DNA of 63,409 bases, counting the filler, from Sphacelaria rigidula (taxonomy: Eukaryota), in NCBI GenBank assembly GCA_964200075.2. It is 5 parts of 5 records of this genome, joined end to end, with 100 filler letters (N's around TTAATTAATTAA, not from the genome) between each part and the next. Parts side by side here need not be neighbours in the genome. Positions count along the whole stretch, not along the records: positions 38,109 to 50,709 come from CAXNAA020003581.1; positions 50,810 to 63,409 come from CAXNAA020003582.1; 3 more parts are not named here. The stretch is one strand, 5' to 3'. The notes under the pieces are model-generated. The model saw nothing but the letters and a program-made list of their open reading frames with translations. It had not been told where the DNA came from and did no database searches. The first letter of the stretch is position 1. Every line of letters begins with the position of its first letter. Shown here piece by piece: positions 39,282-51,359 of this stretch. The position numbers and the translations under genes were made by a program.

Positions 39282-42200
39282 TCAGCTAGAGAAGTACCGT
39301 CCAATCTCAGTGCCTATCGGGAGGTGGGATGATGTCAAGTGTAGTGCGGAAGTAAGCCGGCATGTGGAATCATTACGCAATGTTTCGCGTCCGTCGAAAA
39401 CCATCATACTACCACACCCAATCAGCGGCGAGGATTTACTCTGGTAGCCTTCGACCGACCATAGCAAATCACTCTCGGCACAGATGCCGTAATATACTCA
39501 TTTCGTATCACTGCACTCTGGCGCTTGCTTGTAAAACGTACCTGTTTGCAAACGTGGAAACCTTGGTGTCGAAGCATATCGCACACTTGCACGACTCTGT
39601 CTCCGACAGGGTGAACCTCGACCACCACTTGTCGCAGTTTCGGCCAGTCTTCGTTGTCTATCCCCGACAAGACATCCTGGCAACATAAATTGATGTTTTA
39701 TCGAAAGGGTGTTCAAAATCACCCACAAGGTTCGACCATACTATCCAAGATCACGGTCATCATGACCATTAATGTCAGTATCGAAGAAACAGCACCTGTT
39801 TGCCAACCTTTGAGGATGAGAACCAAGCCCAAAGCGCTGCAGGCGGCAGCATCATAGCTGTGATGGCTAGTGACAACACGTCACACTTCGCTCGGGTCAT
39901 AGCTCTAGGCCTACTAATACTCCGGAATGCCAGAGATGTACATGCGTGTTGCATAGGACGACCATTTGTGTACCATGATCCGCTACACAGCAGGGCACTG
40001 TTGTAGGTGGGATACTATTCAAGAAACAGGCGGAAAATCTACGAATATAGATCTTCACTCACCAATTCTGCGCCTTCCACATCAATCTTGAGCAGATCAA
40101 TCCTCTCTACGCCGAGATTCGACAGAGCCCATGAAACAGTGCGGACATCGCAGAGCACCTTTGGTCAGATATCATCGAGGGAAGATTGAGTCGCTGCTAT
40201 CATGTTGCAGAAACGATTGCAAATCATCACAATCGCGTTGCCGTAATCAACAAGCAGCTTGTGCGAGCACCAGCGGATGCAAGCGATGGCCTGCCCAATT
40301 CAAGCTTTCATAAAGGCATCGATTTGCGTTGAGGCTTTTCTCGGCTTCACGGCAGCATGATAGCACCAGGGCACAAGTACGCGTACCTTCTGCTCCCCGT
40401 GAAAGAAGCTTCCCCTCGAGTCCTCACACGGCATTTCCTTTCCTCGCTTTTCTGAACAAATCGCACACGTATCTTTTGTGCTTCCCATTCGCCCACCTTG
40501 CAGCTCTTCCTGCTTGAGGCACAAAAGCAACACCTCATGTTTGGCACGTGAGCAACACACACGCCTGATGCGTGTATACAGATCCTGAACAAAATGGACG
40601 GTCCTTGCGTAGACACTCGGCTTACAGCATATGGCAGTTCGGAAGGCAGGGGACCGGCTCTTTGCACGACAAGCGCCACCACCCCTTCCCTGAGGCGACG
40701 CGACCGAATACCTCTTGGCGGCGAAATAGACGAACATGTGGTCTTGGTGTGACGAGGGGTGAAGAGTGATGCTACGGTAGGGGTGCACACATATTTTCTG
40801 AGCTTAGAATTGTTAGGAGCCCTTGATCTCATGCAAAACACCACTTATGAAAATATGTAGAAGTACGCCAGGATTACTACTCCAATGTGCTGGGGATATC
40901 CCGAATGAATTTGCAAACGGGGATGTCCTGACCCACATGCTTGTGCATACAGAATCTTCAGGAGCCCCTGAACTAGACAATATCTCGCGAAAAAAGTGTA
41001 CCCCTACCGTAGCATTGCTCTGAACCGAACGTCCTATATATATATAACAGAGTATTGTTAGTCTAGACAATCCGTTCCACATGAGATCTCCATGTATCAC
41101 GACAAGCTCCGCGGATAAACATGACCTTCACCTTCTCGTGAGGCCTCAACGTGCTGTTGCCGGGCATTCGTGGGTAAAACGTCATGCTCGCTCCGTCTTC
41201 GTTCCTGGCACCAAGAGCATACCCCAGGATTTTAGCTCGCGGGCAGTGCCTGTGATTTGGTAGACGACAGTGTGCAAGGTGAATTTTTCAAAGGCTGCTG
41301 CAGGAGGAGGAAGACGTGATTGCTGCTATACATCGGCGCCAAAGCTGGGGGTGGGTGGAAGGGGGGAACATTTTACGTTCTTCAAGCTACAGTGAGGTTG
41401 CCAGCGTGATTTACCAACCCTTATGAGGAGAACAGAAGGTGTCGAGATGGTAGTTTACTACTTGAGCACTTGGCTCAAGGCAATATAATTGCTACGCTCT
41501 TATCTACTCACTGTGAACCCAACCAGAGCAAAATGACGCATGTCAGCGGGACTCCCACCATATCACACATGTTCCGCTCGGTCATTTGTGCAGTTATATG
41601 AGCACCAAGTCAACATGCGGTATAGCATGATGATGGTCAAAAACCAGGGTTTTTGTTCTGCCCACCAGCGCTCATGTTTTACTCACGTCTCAAGATTCCT
41701 TTCAAGTGTCTTCCTGTTCGCCGGGACGGGCTCGAACGCATATATACTGAGGGAGTCAGGTGTGTCAGTGCCTAGCTCGAAGAAAATACTTGTCAGCCCC
41801 ACGTTGGCGCCTGATGTCGAGAGGGGAACGCAGAAATGAAGAAAATAGTGAATTGTTGCAATGCAGTCGAACTGCGACGTTAGTGATACACTACGAGGAT
41901 GTTCTCATCTATGGCGCTCTGAGATAACACCGCAAAATGAAACACGTCGTGAAATTGCAAAAATAGAGGTATACCGTGGTCTCACCTACGTCCCACAATG
42001 TATCGCCGTCGTGGATACCAATGCCCATCCTTGAATACGTTTTGTCCTCGAACACCTCGTTGTAAATGAAGAACCCCTCCTGTTCCGCCCCCCTAGAAAT
42101 CCACAAAGGTATACCGTTTGACATTTCCCGCAGCATCAGTTCTGTGCCGGCTTCACCAGTACGATTTGCATTTACATCAATGCTAGCGGCTGCGCGATTT

Positions 42201-45200
42201 GTCCTGTCAGCAGTTGCCTTCGCTGTATTCGCCTCTAGAAAGTGGTGAATGTTCTTCATGGTATTGCCGAGACCATCCTCCGCTCTGATCTTCACGCCAA
42301 GACAGGCAGCACGAAGTCGTACCTGAGAAAGTTTGAGTTATTAGACGACGTCACACAAAAGACAAACAAGATATATCGTACAAAAGCTAGAGCGCGACGT
42401 CGTGTTCGATACCTCCTGACTTGAAAGATGTGCAAACTGACATACCAGAGTTTGCATCGACAGTTTGTCGCCTTACCTGAGGTGTAAGGGCAGAAAGGAT
42501 GGCCGAGCCAGCTTTGGACACGAGAGCTACAGGCGGTCCATCCTGTCGCTGTTCGCGCCCAGTAAACATAGATCGTTCCAAGACGCTTCCCACGTTGAGG
42601 TATTGGACGCGTTCCGCCCAGAAGAATTGATCTAGATGCTGCGGACAGATCACTACATTCCGGACGACACAGAAAATGACACAACCGGTAGGTCGGTGAC
42701 GCCAGGTGGTGAGACAATGCGCCGAGTGACACAGATCTCTTTCGGGAAGCACGCATCCGGCCAAGTGTAACTAAGCAGGTGGACCGGCGGCGATCATCTC
42801 GCAGGATCATTGGACACTGGATCAGCCATCCTTATTTCGAGGCAAAACTTCTTCACAATGCGCAAGAAGAGTTCTGCTACAGGCACAGCCAGAAAAATAA
42901 CCTGTAACGCACGATCTCACCGTGGGGTATGCCAGCCTTCAGCACAGCAGCCGTTGTTCCACTCCCCCCGTGATGAATAGCGAGCAGACAGCGAGGAAAG
43001 AGTAGGCCCTGCTCCAGAGATCCTCGATGAACCTTCGTGAGGGACGACGGTATTCACGGCGAATAACTCAAATTGAGCTTCAGCAGACAGGTGGAAAATA
43101 ATACAGCAACTATGCACATATATATATATATATATATTCCGGACTATAATTTGGTCAACCATGAACATGTTGTGCATTTGAGCAACCGGAACCTAAGCAG
43201 ACTACGGCGGGACTATTGCACAATTCATTGTCTAGCTTTCTCTCACAAGTAGACTATCTTCGCCTGCAGCAGCCTGCAGCTCGTCCATGAGAAATTCAGT
43301 CGCAATCTCCAACTCGCGTGACGTATCCATCCGCTCCACACAGCTCTGGACCTGGTCGCCTCGGTTGTATTCCATCCGTGGCACGGACACCAAGCACCTC
43401 AAGCCCGCCTGCCTCGCTGCCAACAATACCGATTGTAGGCAGCAAGCCAACCCGTAACCCGGCGCACACATTTCCCACATTGACCCAAAGCCGATGAACA
43501 GAGGTCTGTCCTCGCGGGCCAACAAAAAACACTCCACGTGGCGGGGAAGACATCCGTGCGCCTCATCCTTCGAATAGGTCTTTCTTGAATTCTGAGAAGA
43601 GTGTTCGACGGCCGAAGGTTTGGCGGCATTCCCAGCCTTTCGTTGCCCAGGCGAAATCTCTCCTGTGGCTGCTTTGCTTTCTACCGTTCGTGGGCCAGGA
43701 TTAGAGTGGGGTGCGCTTTGCGGGGTGTACAAATACCCACATACCCGCACGATTGCCGGCCAGAAGGGTGACTCATCCACCACCAATCCCGAAAAAAGAT
43801 AGAGTACCGGCGGCAATCGCGCTGAGTCAATGCCGTTAGGGGTCATATATTTCATGCCGCTGTCATCCCTCTTGTCATCACGTGCTGGAGAATGCATGTG
43901 CTCGTCGTTCGCAAGAGGGCGTGGATGAAGTCCTAGACGAGCTCGGAACGCACTCCACTCATCCGTAAAAAGCGGCCACATCCAATGCTCCACATGGTTC
44001 CACGCCGTTTCGTCCCGCTTACTACAGCGCGCTGTACATCCTTCTTCAGGCTCACCACTTTTTACGAAGGAGTCGGCGATTGCAGTTGCCCCTGAAGGTG
44101 TTGACGCGTGCGGTAGTACTAACTTAGGGGATGACAATTGCACGGGTGGAGAGTCGCTTCGTTTGACCAGTGGGCGTATGAGGCGGCGAAAAAGACGAGG
44201 ATAAGATCTCCTCATCCTGCCCGCAAAGGAGCTCGGCATGGGAGTCGCGATAAGGTACGGCTGACACACCACGCACGGAACCTGAGTACCGGTCAACGCG
44301 AGGGACGAGAACACGAACCGGGCAATGCCGCGCTTGATGGGTCAGGAGATGCAGCAAGCTCAACGACACAACCAACGAACACAGGTTCAAACTGACCGGC
44401 AACATCGTGGCATGTCCGGTTCCGATGATTATGCGTCGTCAACCCAAGCGAGGGAGCGTGGGATATACGACCGGTGTCCGATGCTACCTTATAAAAAAAC
44501 GGCATGCTTTACATACAGCACTATATGCATCGTACACGATGTTTTCGCCGATTTCGCCATAGAGTCATCCCATCGTAGGGGGTTGTGAGTTGCTACCCGG
44601 AGGAATGGTTCATGGTATGACATAGGACATGAGTCTTCACGTGCATTTTCGCGTTGTGACGCGTCGTCAAACTCTCGAGATGTCAGTGAATACCGACGCC
44701 AAAACCACTCCAAGTACTCTTTACGGTTTCGACCAACACCTCGAAAGTGGCATTGTGCGGGAAACAATGTAGTCGTAACACCCGGTCCCCCACCACGGGA
44801 TGGCTGAGCACACCTGTAGCTTCTCGGCGATATGGAACCCTTCCAAGGCGAACATGTTGAACACCACGAGGCCTACTCCTTCGCATGCCACCATGCATGC
44901 GTGTTGCTGTGCTTCCTGCGCATGTTCGATAGCAGAGTCTGCGCCGCCTTCTGGTGGCCTGTCCACGCCTGGAAGTGAGCGATCGGAATGATAACATTGT
45001 AACGCATGCAGCCTTTTTTCACGGAAAAAACAATTCAACAGCAGCCCGAACACAGATGTGTAACTGGTAAACCCAGGCCTAAATCCTTGACCCTAAGGGC
45101 TCTTTCTTGTTGACAGTACAGGATAATTCATTCGAAAAATAATCATTTGGCGACTTTACGCGCTGTGGTCAACACGCTACTTAATAATAGCTACCAAGCA

Positions 45201-48200
45201 CAAGGTATAACCCGATCCATCATATCATCTATTCCAAACGATTTTCAGATCCCGTCAAGACGGGGCCTCAGGCCGTGTCTCATCGAGACAGATCAGCAAC
45301 GACCACTCTATGTCATACAAGTATCGGGAACACATTTTCTTGTCCAGATGCAAGCCAGATCGGCGTACAGGCCTAAAAATGTGGCGGTTCTAGCAGTGGT
45401 CGTTGTACAACATCTCCGTGGTGGTACAGGAATGACGCGACAAGGAAGCACAACACCTACATACCGTGCCCCGAGAAATACGCAGTCACCGACCGCTCAT
45501 GAGAATCAGCTCCACCGCTAGCCCATGCTTCTCTACACACAGCGGTCTTCGTTTGACGGAAATCCGTTTACTATTGGAGGAAGGGCGCCCGCGTATGTAT
45601 CAATTTTAATCGGAAACGTTTTGTTGCTGGCCCTCATGTGTGGGCGTTTTCAGCGCGCATCTGACACAAACTGCTGGTTCTCGTTGAATTCTGAACCGAT
45701 TCGACCCAAGCTGAACACAAAGTGCTCAGCTCTGCAGCTACGACTTGAATGACACGTTTAGTTGGCAAGGGTAGTGAGGAGTGAGGCTCTCACTTTAATG
45801 TGTTGTGTGGGGTTCTGCGTCATACCTTTGATTGTGCCCCTGCGGTCACTGTCTTCATGTCCCTTCATGAGCAAAGATATGTCGGCCGGTTTGGGCAAAC
45901 ATGCTCTTTCCCGGTCTTCTTGGGGGTGGCATTGCACCCGCTAGTCACAGGGGACAAGAAGTGAACACATTTCGAGCAAACATATTTCTATGCCTCGATT
46001 AAGACACGCCCATGGCCGCTTCTTGTGGTCAAAAAAACTCTCTCCAAGAAACGCCCTTTGAGCGATTCAGCGCCAATTTTCGCCGGAAAATGGGCCTTGA
46101 CTGATTGTGCCACCTCGAAAAGATTCGCTATATTTTCCAAGCGGATTCTAGTGCACTTTCCCGATCTTTCGCACCCCCAGTTTCATATTTTTCCGGGTTA
46201 GCAATTTCTCAAACAAGCCCCAAACATCTTCGAGTTCTCCCCCCAAACATGTACAACATTCAAAGAAACACGGTGTTTCTGGGGCTGTTTGAAAATTCGA
46301 CAATCCGACCAAGAGTAAAGTTGGGCAAAAGATCAGAGAAATACGGTAGCATCCTCCTGGAAAGTATGGGAAATTTTTCCGCCGAGGCACAATTCGCCGA
46401 GGCCCATATTCCGGGGAAAATCGGTGCTGAATCATCAAAAGGGCGCTTCTTCAAGACTTTTTTTCGTATCACAAGAAGCGGTCTAACAGTGAGCAGCGAA
46501 CAGCTCAGTTGTGCAACGTGCTACAGCATGTATATAACGTGCGGCCTGGCCGATGAAGCATCCCTTCGTTTTCGCCTGAGAGACTTATTTTAGGAACGGG
46601 TTGCCTGGTACGGTGTTTGTTGCCTGAAATGCCTTATTTGAGCACGGCAAAGTCAAGATGCAACTAACGGCACTATGGTAACCATAAACCATCGCCGTGT
46701 GCCGTGAACTAGACCCTTGCCGATGAGGCACGCCTCAGGCTATGGAGAACTCTCGCCACTAGAGGTTAGGCTATAGAAATTGCCAATAAATATTTGGCTG
46801 CACGATTCTCGCGTTCCACCAACGACCGATGATCCCAGAAAGTTTTCCCTTCAAGTCACCCTCAGCGCGTACATCCACAAACATCTGTCGGGGACGAGGG
46901 AGGAAACGGGGAGGAGCTACAAACGAAGTAGTACTATCGCGCAGCACATGACACCGCTTTTCTCGAGGCATGACGTAGCGGTTGCGGTGGACGGGATGTC
47001 GTGGGCACCAAGCTCTGCTTGTCTGGATTATGCACTTCAGATCGCGCCCTGTGCTCAGTACTCGTTGCCCCTGAACCATAAACCATGGGCAGCAAGTCAA
47101 ACGTGGTAGTTGGAGGTCATCAATTTGCCAGCCCATGCTCTAGATGTCTGATACACCACGCAAGCCCAACGTCTGATATTTCTTGCTCTTTCGTTTTGAT
47201 ATATTTTCTAGGAGGTGTTTTGTTTTTTGTCGCCCGTGGTGCTTATGTGTGCCCTTGCCCGTGGTGTTTGTGTGTGCCCTTTGCGTTCTTTTTAATACGA
47301 ATGCTCCTTCGTGTTGAGCATTGATGGAGTCGGAAGTGGGGGTTCAGGGCTGGATGTGGTGGCGGTGCGGAGTGTGGAGAGAGTGTATAATATTCACGTA
47401 CCAGTACCAGGTGCCCGATAATACTTTGTCCACACCTCCGTACCCCAAGATATACTAAAACCAAGTAAAAAAATTGCCCCATGTTCTTTCACAGAAACCC
47501 GAAGTCATTGCTTTGTTTTTCATTTCGACCGCCCTAGTACGTACGTAGGTGTCGTTTTCACTCTTCGACGTGTACCCGTCGACCAGTCATGTGCAGTGCA
47601 GTGCAGTGCGATACATGATATGCGTTTTTGTTTTCACTCGATCACACCAGGGGGTACTTTTGAACATGCTGCAGTCATCCTCGGTGCACTCATGTTCCAC
47701 ACTTACATATGATTAGTTGTGACGCTTATCAAAAGCATACCAGCGCTAGGAGTAGACAGCGTAAAAGGAACTGAGGTACGCATGGAAGACAAATCAAGGT
47801 CGATTTGTCCTATCCAAGTAAGGCATGTACGGCATGTAGGGCATGAATGAGGTGTGAAAGGCATCGAATTACATGTGGGGCAAATGCCTCGAATTTTGCC
47901 CAAGCCCTTTTTTTCGCCTGCGGCGCGCCTTGCTGCGCATGCCTGACCACTGACCACGCCCACCTGCTACGGCGTGCTTTATCGCTGAGGGCCTGATGTA
48001 ACGGTCAGGCTACCGTAGCACATTCGTGGAAAAACGGCCTGGGTTCAAATAGGCATGATGCGTTCCACAAAGTTCAACTTAAGTTATGTTGAGCCCTCGC
48101 TCATACATGCATCTACAGGAGCACCGCTTGCTTGCTCAATATACCTCTCCAGATGACAGGTGGGGATTCTGCGGGCAGCACAGAATACTTGGTGTTCGCC

Positions 48201-48364
48201 GTCCCCGGAAGTATCTTCTCCACGAAACCGTCGGCACAACAGTGATCTCGATGTGTAACGAAGGCTAGGTGGTCGCACCAAAGCTGTTTTGATATTTCAG
48301 CGGCCAGGATTGCAAGCGGTTGCACATCTCCCCTCGTACCAAACGCACACACCGCAACCTTCAT
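39282..48364 (-). CDS. Fused GT-B glycosyltransferase (Glyco_transf_28-N/GT1 sterol-glucosyltransferase-like) plus FkbM-family SAM methyltransferase; 12 exons, 929 aa as modelled
   Basis: Exons, 5' to 3' on minus: 48145-48364, 44814-44968, 43247-44281, 42921-43032, 42477-42652, 41986-42322, 41687-41810, 41132-41249, 40387-40509, 40063-40158, 39542-39676, 39282-39440. All GT-AG, phases consistent, 2790 bp total, no internal stop seen. GT motifs: AFGTRGDVQP, FIGFGSM, LFPRCLLAIHHGGSGTTAAVLKAGIP, PQHLDQFFWAERV, IRAEDG. FkbM motifs: IYNEVFED, LWDVGANVG, IYAFEPVP, TFYPRMPGNST, IDLLKIDVEGAELDVLSGI...WPKLRQVVVEVH. Confidence 0.9.
46016..46481. mobile_element. ~465-bp fully palindromic foldback/MITE-like element in intron 1 of the GT-FkbM gene
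   Basis: CCGCTTCTTGTG...CGCCCTTT...GATTCAGC...ATGGGCCT...ATTGTGCC mirrors GGCACAAT...AGGCCCAT...GCTGAATC...AAAGGGCG...CACAAGAAGCGG. Pairing continues to a centre at ~46250. Confidence 0.8.
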
Positions 48365-48657
48365 TTCCGACCAATATTACTCTCCCCTATAGCCATGACG
48401 CGGATGTACTCCAAGAGCCCACCGGGACAGGCATGCTCCCGCTTTTTGTTCCGAGATACAAGTATGTGTAGTGCTGAGAGGGTTTAGAACCAGTGGTGGT
48501 ATGAACCAGTTCTACAACGGATCTGTGTAGAACCAGTACTGGAACTCATGAACATCCAGCCAGGTTCATATCGTTTTAAAATCGCGCCGGTGCTCTTCCG
48601 GCCGTTACCGCACGCCCGTGTTGTGCGCGACGCAATCACCATCGCAATCGTGCCGTG
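48365..48657. promoter_or_regulatory. Putative compact bidirectional promoter (293 bp between divergent ATGs)
   Basis: The GT-FkbM ATG (48364, minus) and the GCP4 ATG (48658, plus) are head to head. GAACCAGT occurs three times in 48487-48537. Confidence 0.5.
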
Positions 48658-49074
48658 ATGTTGCATGAGGTAATTCTTGCGCTTCTTGGGCATCCTGGGT
48701 CGATCATACAGGAGACGAAGGAGCCAAATGCAGCGCATGGACTTTCAAATACCACTTTCCGTGTGCAGGATTCCATCACCTTCCTCGCGGCAACCGAGCG
48801 AGATGCCATCAACAGACTCGTAGGCGTGGGAAGCACGTACAGAGACCTACGACGGTTCGTTCGACCACAACCCCTCAACTGGGCAGCCGATGCCAGCTCA
48901 CCACATAAGAAAGATTTATCCGATAGCAATGGAGAGGGACTGTACATTCGAGCGCTGAAGCTGGGGGTGGAGGAGCTGTTGGACGAGTACAGTAGGCGAA
49001 TTGCACAGGTGGAAAGTGATGTAATGAGCGATCCAACGTCCACCCTGGCCCGCGTCCACGCTGCTATTAGGGAG
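48658..49074 (+). CDS. GCP4: Gamma-tubulin complex component 4 (GCP4/TUBGCP4-like), first exon
   Basis: MLHEVILALLGHPGSII...FLAATERDAINRLVGVGSTY...GLYIRALKLGVEELLDEYSRRIAQVESDVMSDP matches the GCP4 N-terminus pattern (MxHExLLALxGxPG; YLRAxxxGL; LEQExLxDP). The exon ends at GAG|gtgagc. No further exons were identified before the contig end. Confidence 0.88.
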
Positions 49075-50174
49075 GTGAGCATGACTGCACGACACTGACG
49101 GACTAAGAAAATTGAACATGTTGTCGTCGGGCAGTGAAATCACAGTGTTGGCAGCTATTGAGCACCACTACGCGCGGCTGTGCTGTCTTGACTGCCGCTA
49201 CACTCTTGCAGCTATACTCTTCGTCTCTCATTTTGTTTTTGAAAAATTCCGTCCTAGCTGACCCTTCGTACCCCCGAAGATTGACAATTTTGATACAAAC
49301 GCTAGCTCTAGGGTGTATATATGATCCCCATTCGACAAATGGACACACGTCGGCGCCTTGAGGGCTACCGTGGTGATATGAATCAGTATAAACCCTGCGG
49401 AGGATAAGGTGTTGGAGGCCCAAACTTGTTACGCGGGAGTTACATGGGGGTGGGTGGTATACAACGTACCTCAGTATCGAGCCAAGAAAAGCCGAAAAAT
49501 TGAAACTCATCATCTGGGAATGAAATTCAGGGAGTGATACTTAGCCTACGGGTAATGTACAGTACGGTCACATTCTGCCAACCACGGTACTAGGGCTGTG
49601 TAGCAGTCCGCTTCTTCAACACAAAATACTATCCCTCCCTCGCTCCGGACCGCCGTCCGGCTAGAGGTGATTGTTTCAAGGAAACCGAAGGCCACCAGCA
49701 AATAAACGACACAACCACACGAGTGAAGGAAAGCAACATAATCTACGAATTAAATTGTGTGCTATTTTAGCGGTGATTCAACACATCGACTAGCCGGTGG
49801 ACTTTGTCGACATTATTGGACTCCTGCAGCTGCGGAGTTTTACACTATGCTGAGAACCAGACTCGATCCCGCAGATGCGGAGCTTTACCCAGAGATGGGA
49901 TGCTCACACGACGAATACGTCAACGGAGATGATGTATGTGTGAGTAAGTACCAGAACGGCGGACCTGAGCTAGTGGCCGACGCGGGCTGGGACGGCTGCA
50001 CCGTCCCCGTGAGACCAAAATGAAAGGCAAGGGCCTAGATAAATGGGTTCAAGAAACAATCGGGATGGAAAAAGTACTCGCAGGGAAGGTTGGTCGAAGG
50101 GCAAGGTCAAAGGAGGGCATGGGAAAGAGTGAAGCGAAGATGTAGGTAAGGCTAGACCTTGACCGCGTATAGGG

Positions 50175-50640
50175 AGGCTCAAAGTGGCGACCTACAGCGT
50201 CTGTACACTGTCTCCCACGGGACGGAAGGGGGGTGGCCATGGTGAGGTGGTTTTGCAATAGAGCAAAGCGGTAGGTTGTGACGTCAACAGATTGCAGGAG
50301 GCACGGCGACCGAGTAGAAATGAGTTCTCTGCGGCGGGATGTCCCGTCTTCTGCTGCGGGGCGGAAAGAGGCAAGGGAAGGACTGGACAACACGGGTTTG
50401 TGTTCGCGATCAAGAAATCGATGATAAAAACGGCTACGTGAGCACAGGCGCTCATCAGCCAACGCTTCATGTCGATGACTTACAGCCAAGCAGGGAAAAT
50501 CGAATGGGGCCACGTTCGTAGTTACCAATTCCATCGCAGACACGTTAAAGTCGGGAAAAGGGAGATATATTCTGGATGGAGTTGAGCATCATTGTGAACC
50601 GAATTCTCACCAATCACCACCTATTTTGACAAATGCTACG
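50175..50640 (+). mobile_element. Decayed LINE (RTE-like) APE endonuclease N-terminus, in the GCP4 intron
   Basis: RLKVATYSVCTLS...VVLQ*SKAVGCDVNRLQEARRP...FSAAGCPVFCCG...GQHGFVFAIKKS...ISQRFM...GATFVV corresponds to APE motifs (ATxNVRTL, LQETR, HGVG), with stops and frameshifts. Confidence 0.7.
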
Positions 50641-50709
50641 AGCTGGGCCAGCCTAGAGGCTGCATGGACGTTTGCAGGCGGATGCGCCGGCCAATATTTG
50701 GAGTTAGAT

Positions 50710-50809
50710 NNNNNNNNNNNNNNNNNNNNNNNNNNNNNNNNNNNNNNNNNNNNTTAATTAATTAANNNNNNNNNNNNNNNNNNNNNNNNNNNNNNNNNNN
50801 NNNNNNNNN
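50710..50809. other. Artificial contig linker N44-TTAATTAATTAA-N44
   Basis: Identical 100-bp spacer. Confidence 0.97.
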
Positions 50810-50890
50810 CACAATAGTTACTCCCCGAAAAATCGTTCGATGTCATCTGTTTTGGGCTTCTTTCACATCAGTATTACACCCCCCCCCCCC

Positions 50891-50953
50891 GTGCTCCGTC
50901 TCGAAAGGGATGCGTGGTCAATGGTCACACAAGGCAAGCAACAAATGAGTACG
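50891..50953 (+). mobile_element. Tiny 3'-end remnant of the contig-1 LINE family, flanked by C-runs
   Basis: GTGCTCCGTCTCGAAAGGGATGCGTGGTCAATGGTCA...GGCAAGCAACAAATGAGTACG matches the reverse complement of the LINE ends at 6821-6890 and 8087-8155. Confidence 0.85.
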
Positions 50954-51359
50954 CCCCCACCCGGTCCCCCCCGTCCCCCTTCCATTCATTCCTGTGGCTT
51001 CTCCTTTTGTCGTGTTCCCTTCAGTGAGAGTTGATGTTTTGTTAACAATGAGACACGGTTGTCTTGTGAACACGGCTGGATTCCTCCGGGATCAGTTGAT
51101 GCGGTACATTCAGTTCATGGATCGATCATTGTATTGAAACAAACGAGAAATATCTCACGTCCTCCTGCCACCCCTGCCACCTCCTTTTGCCCGTCATGGT
51201 ATGGCCGCAGTTGCTGTGGGAAACGAACCCCAGGGGTGAAGGCGACGACGATGCTATTCTAGAAACGGACACCGCGAAGAATACAGTGTGAGTCGAAACA
51301 AATCCGTACTTTCGGTATGCGTTTCTTTTTTTGGTCCGCGGAGAGTGCGAAGAAGTTGG

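Noticed and set aside
38380-49074. HDAC + GT-FkbM + GCP4 as a functional gene cluster
   Set aside because: The functions are unrelated and proximity alone is not evidence. Only the in-frame fusion is supported.
49757-50023. 88-aa ORF as GCP4 exon 2
   Set aside because: It does not resemble the expected GCP4 continuation and lies just before a LINE remnant.
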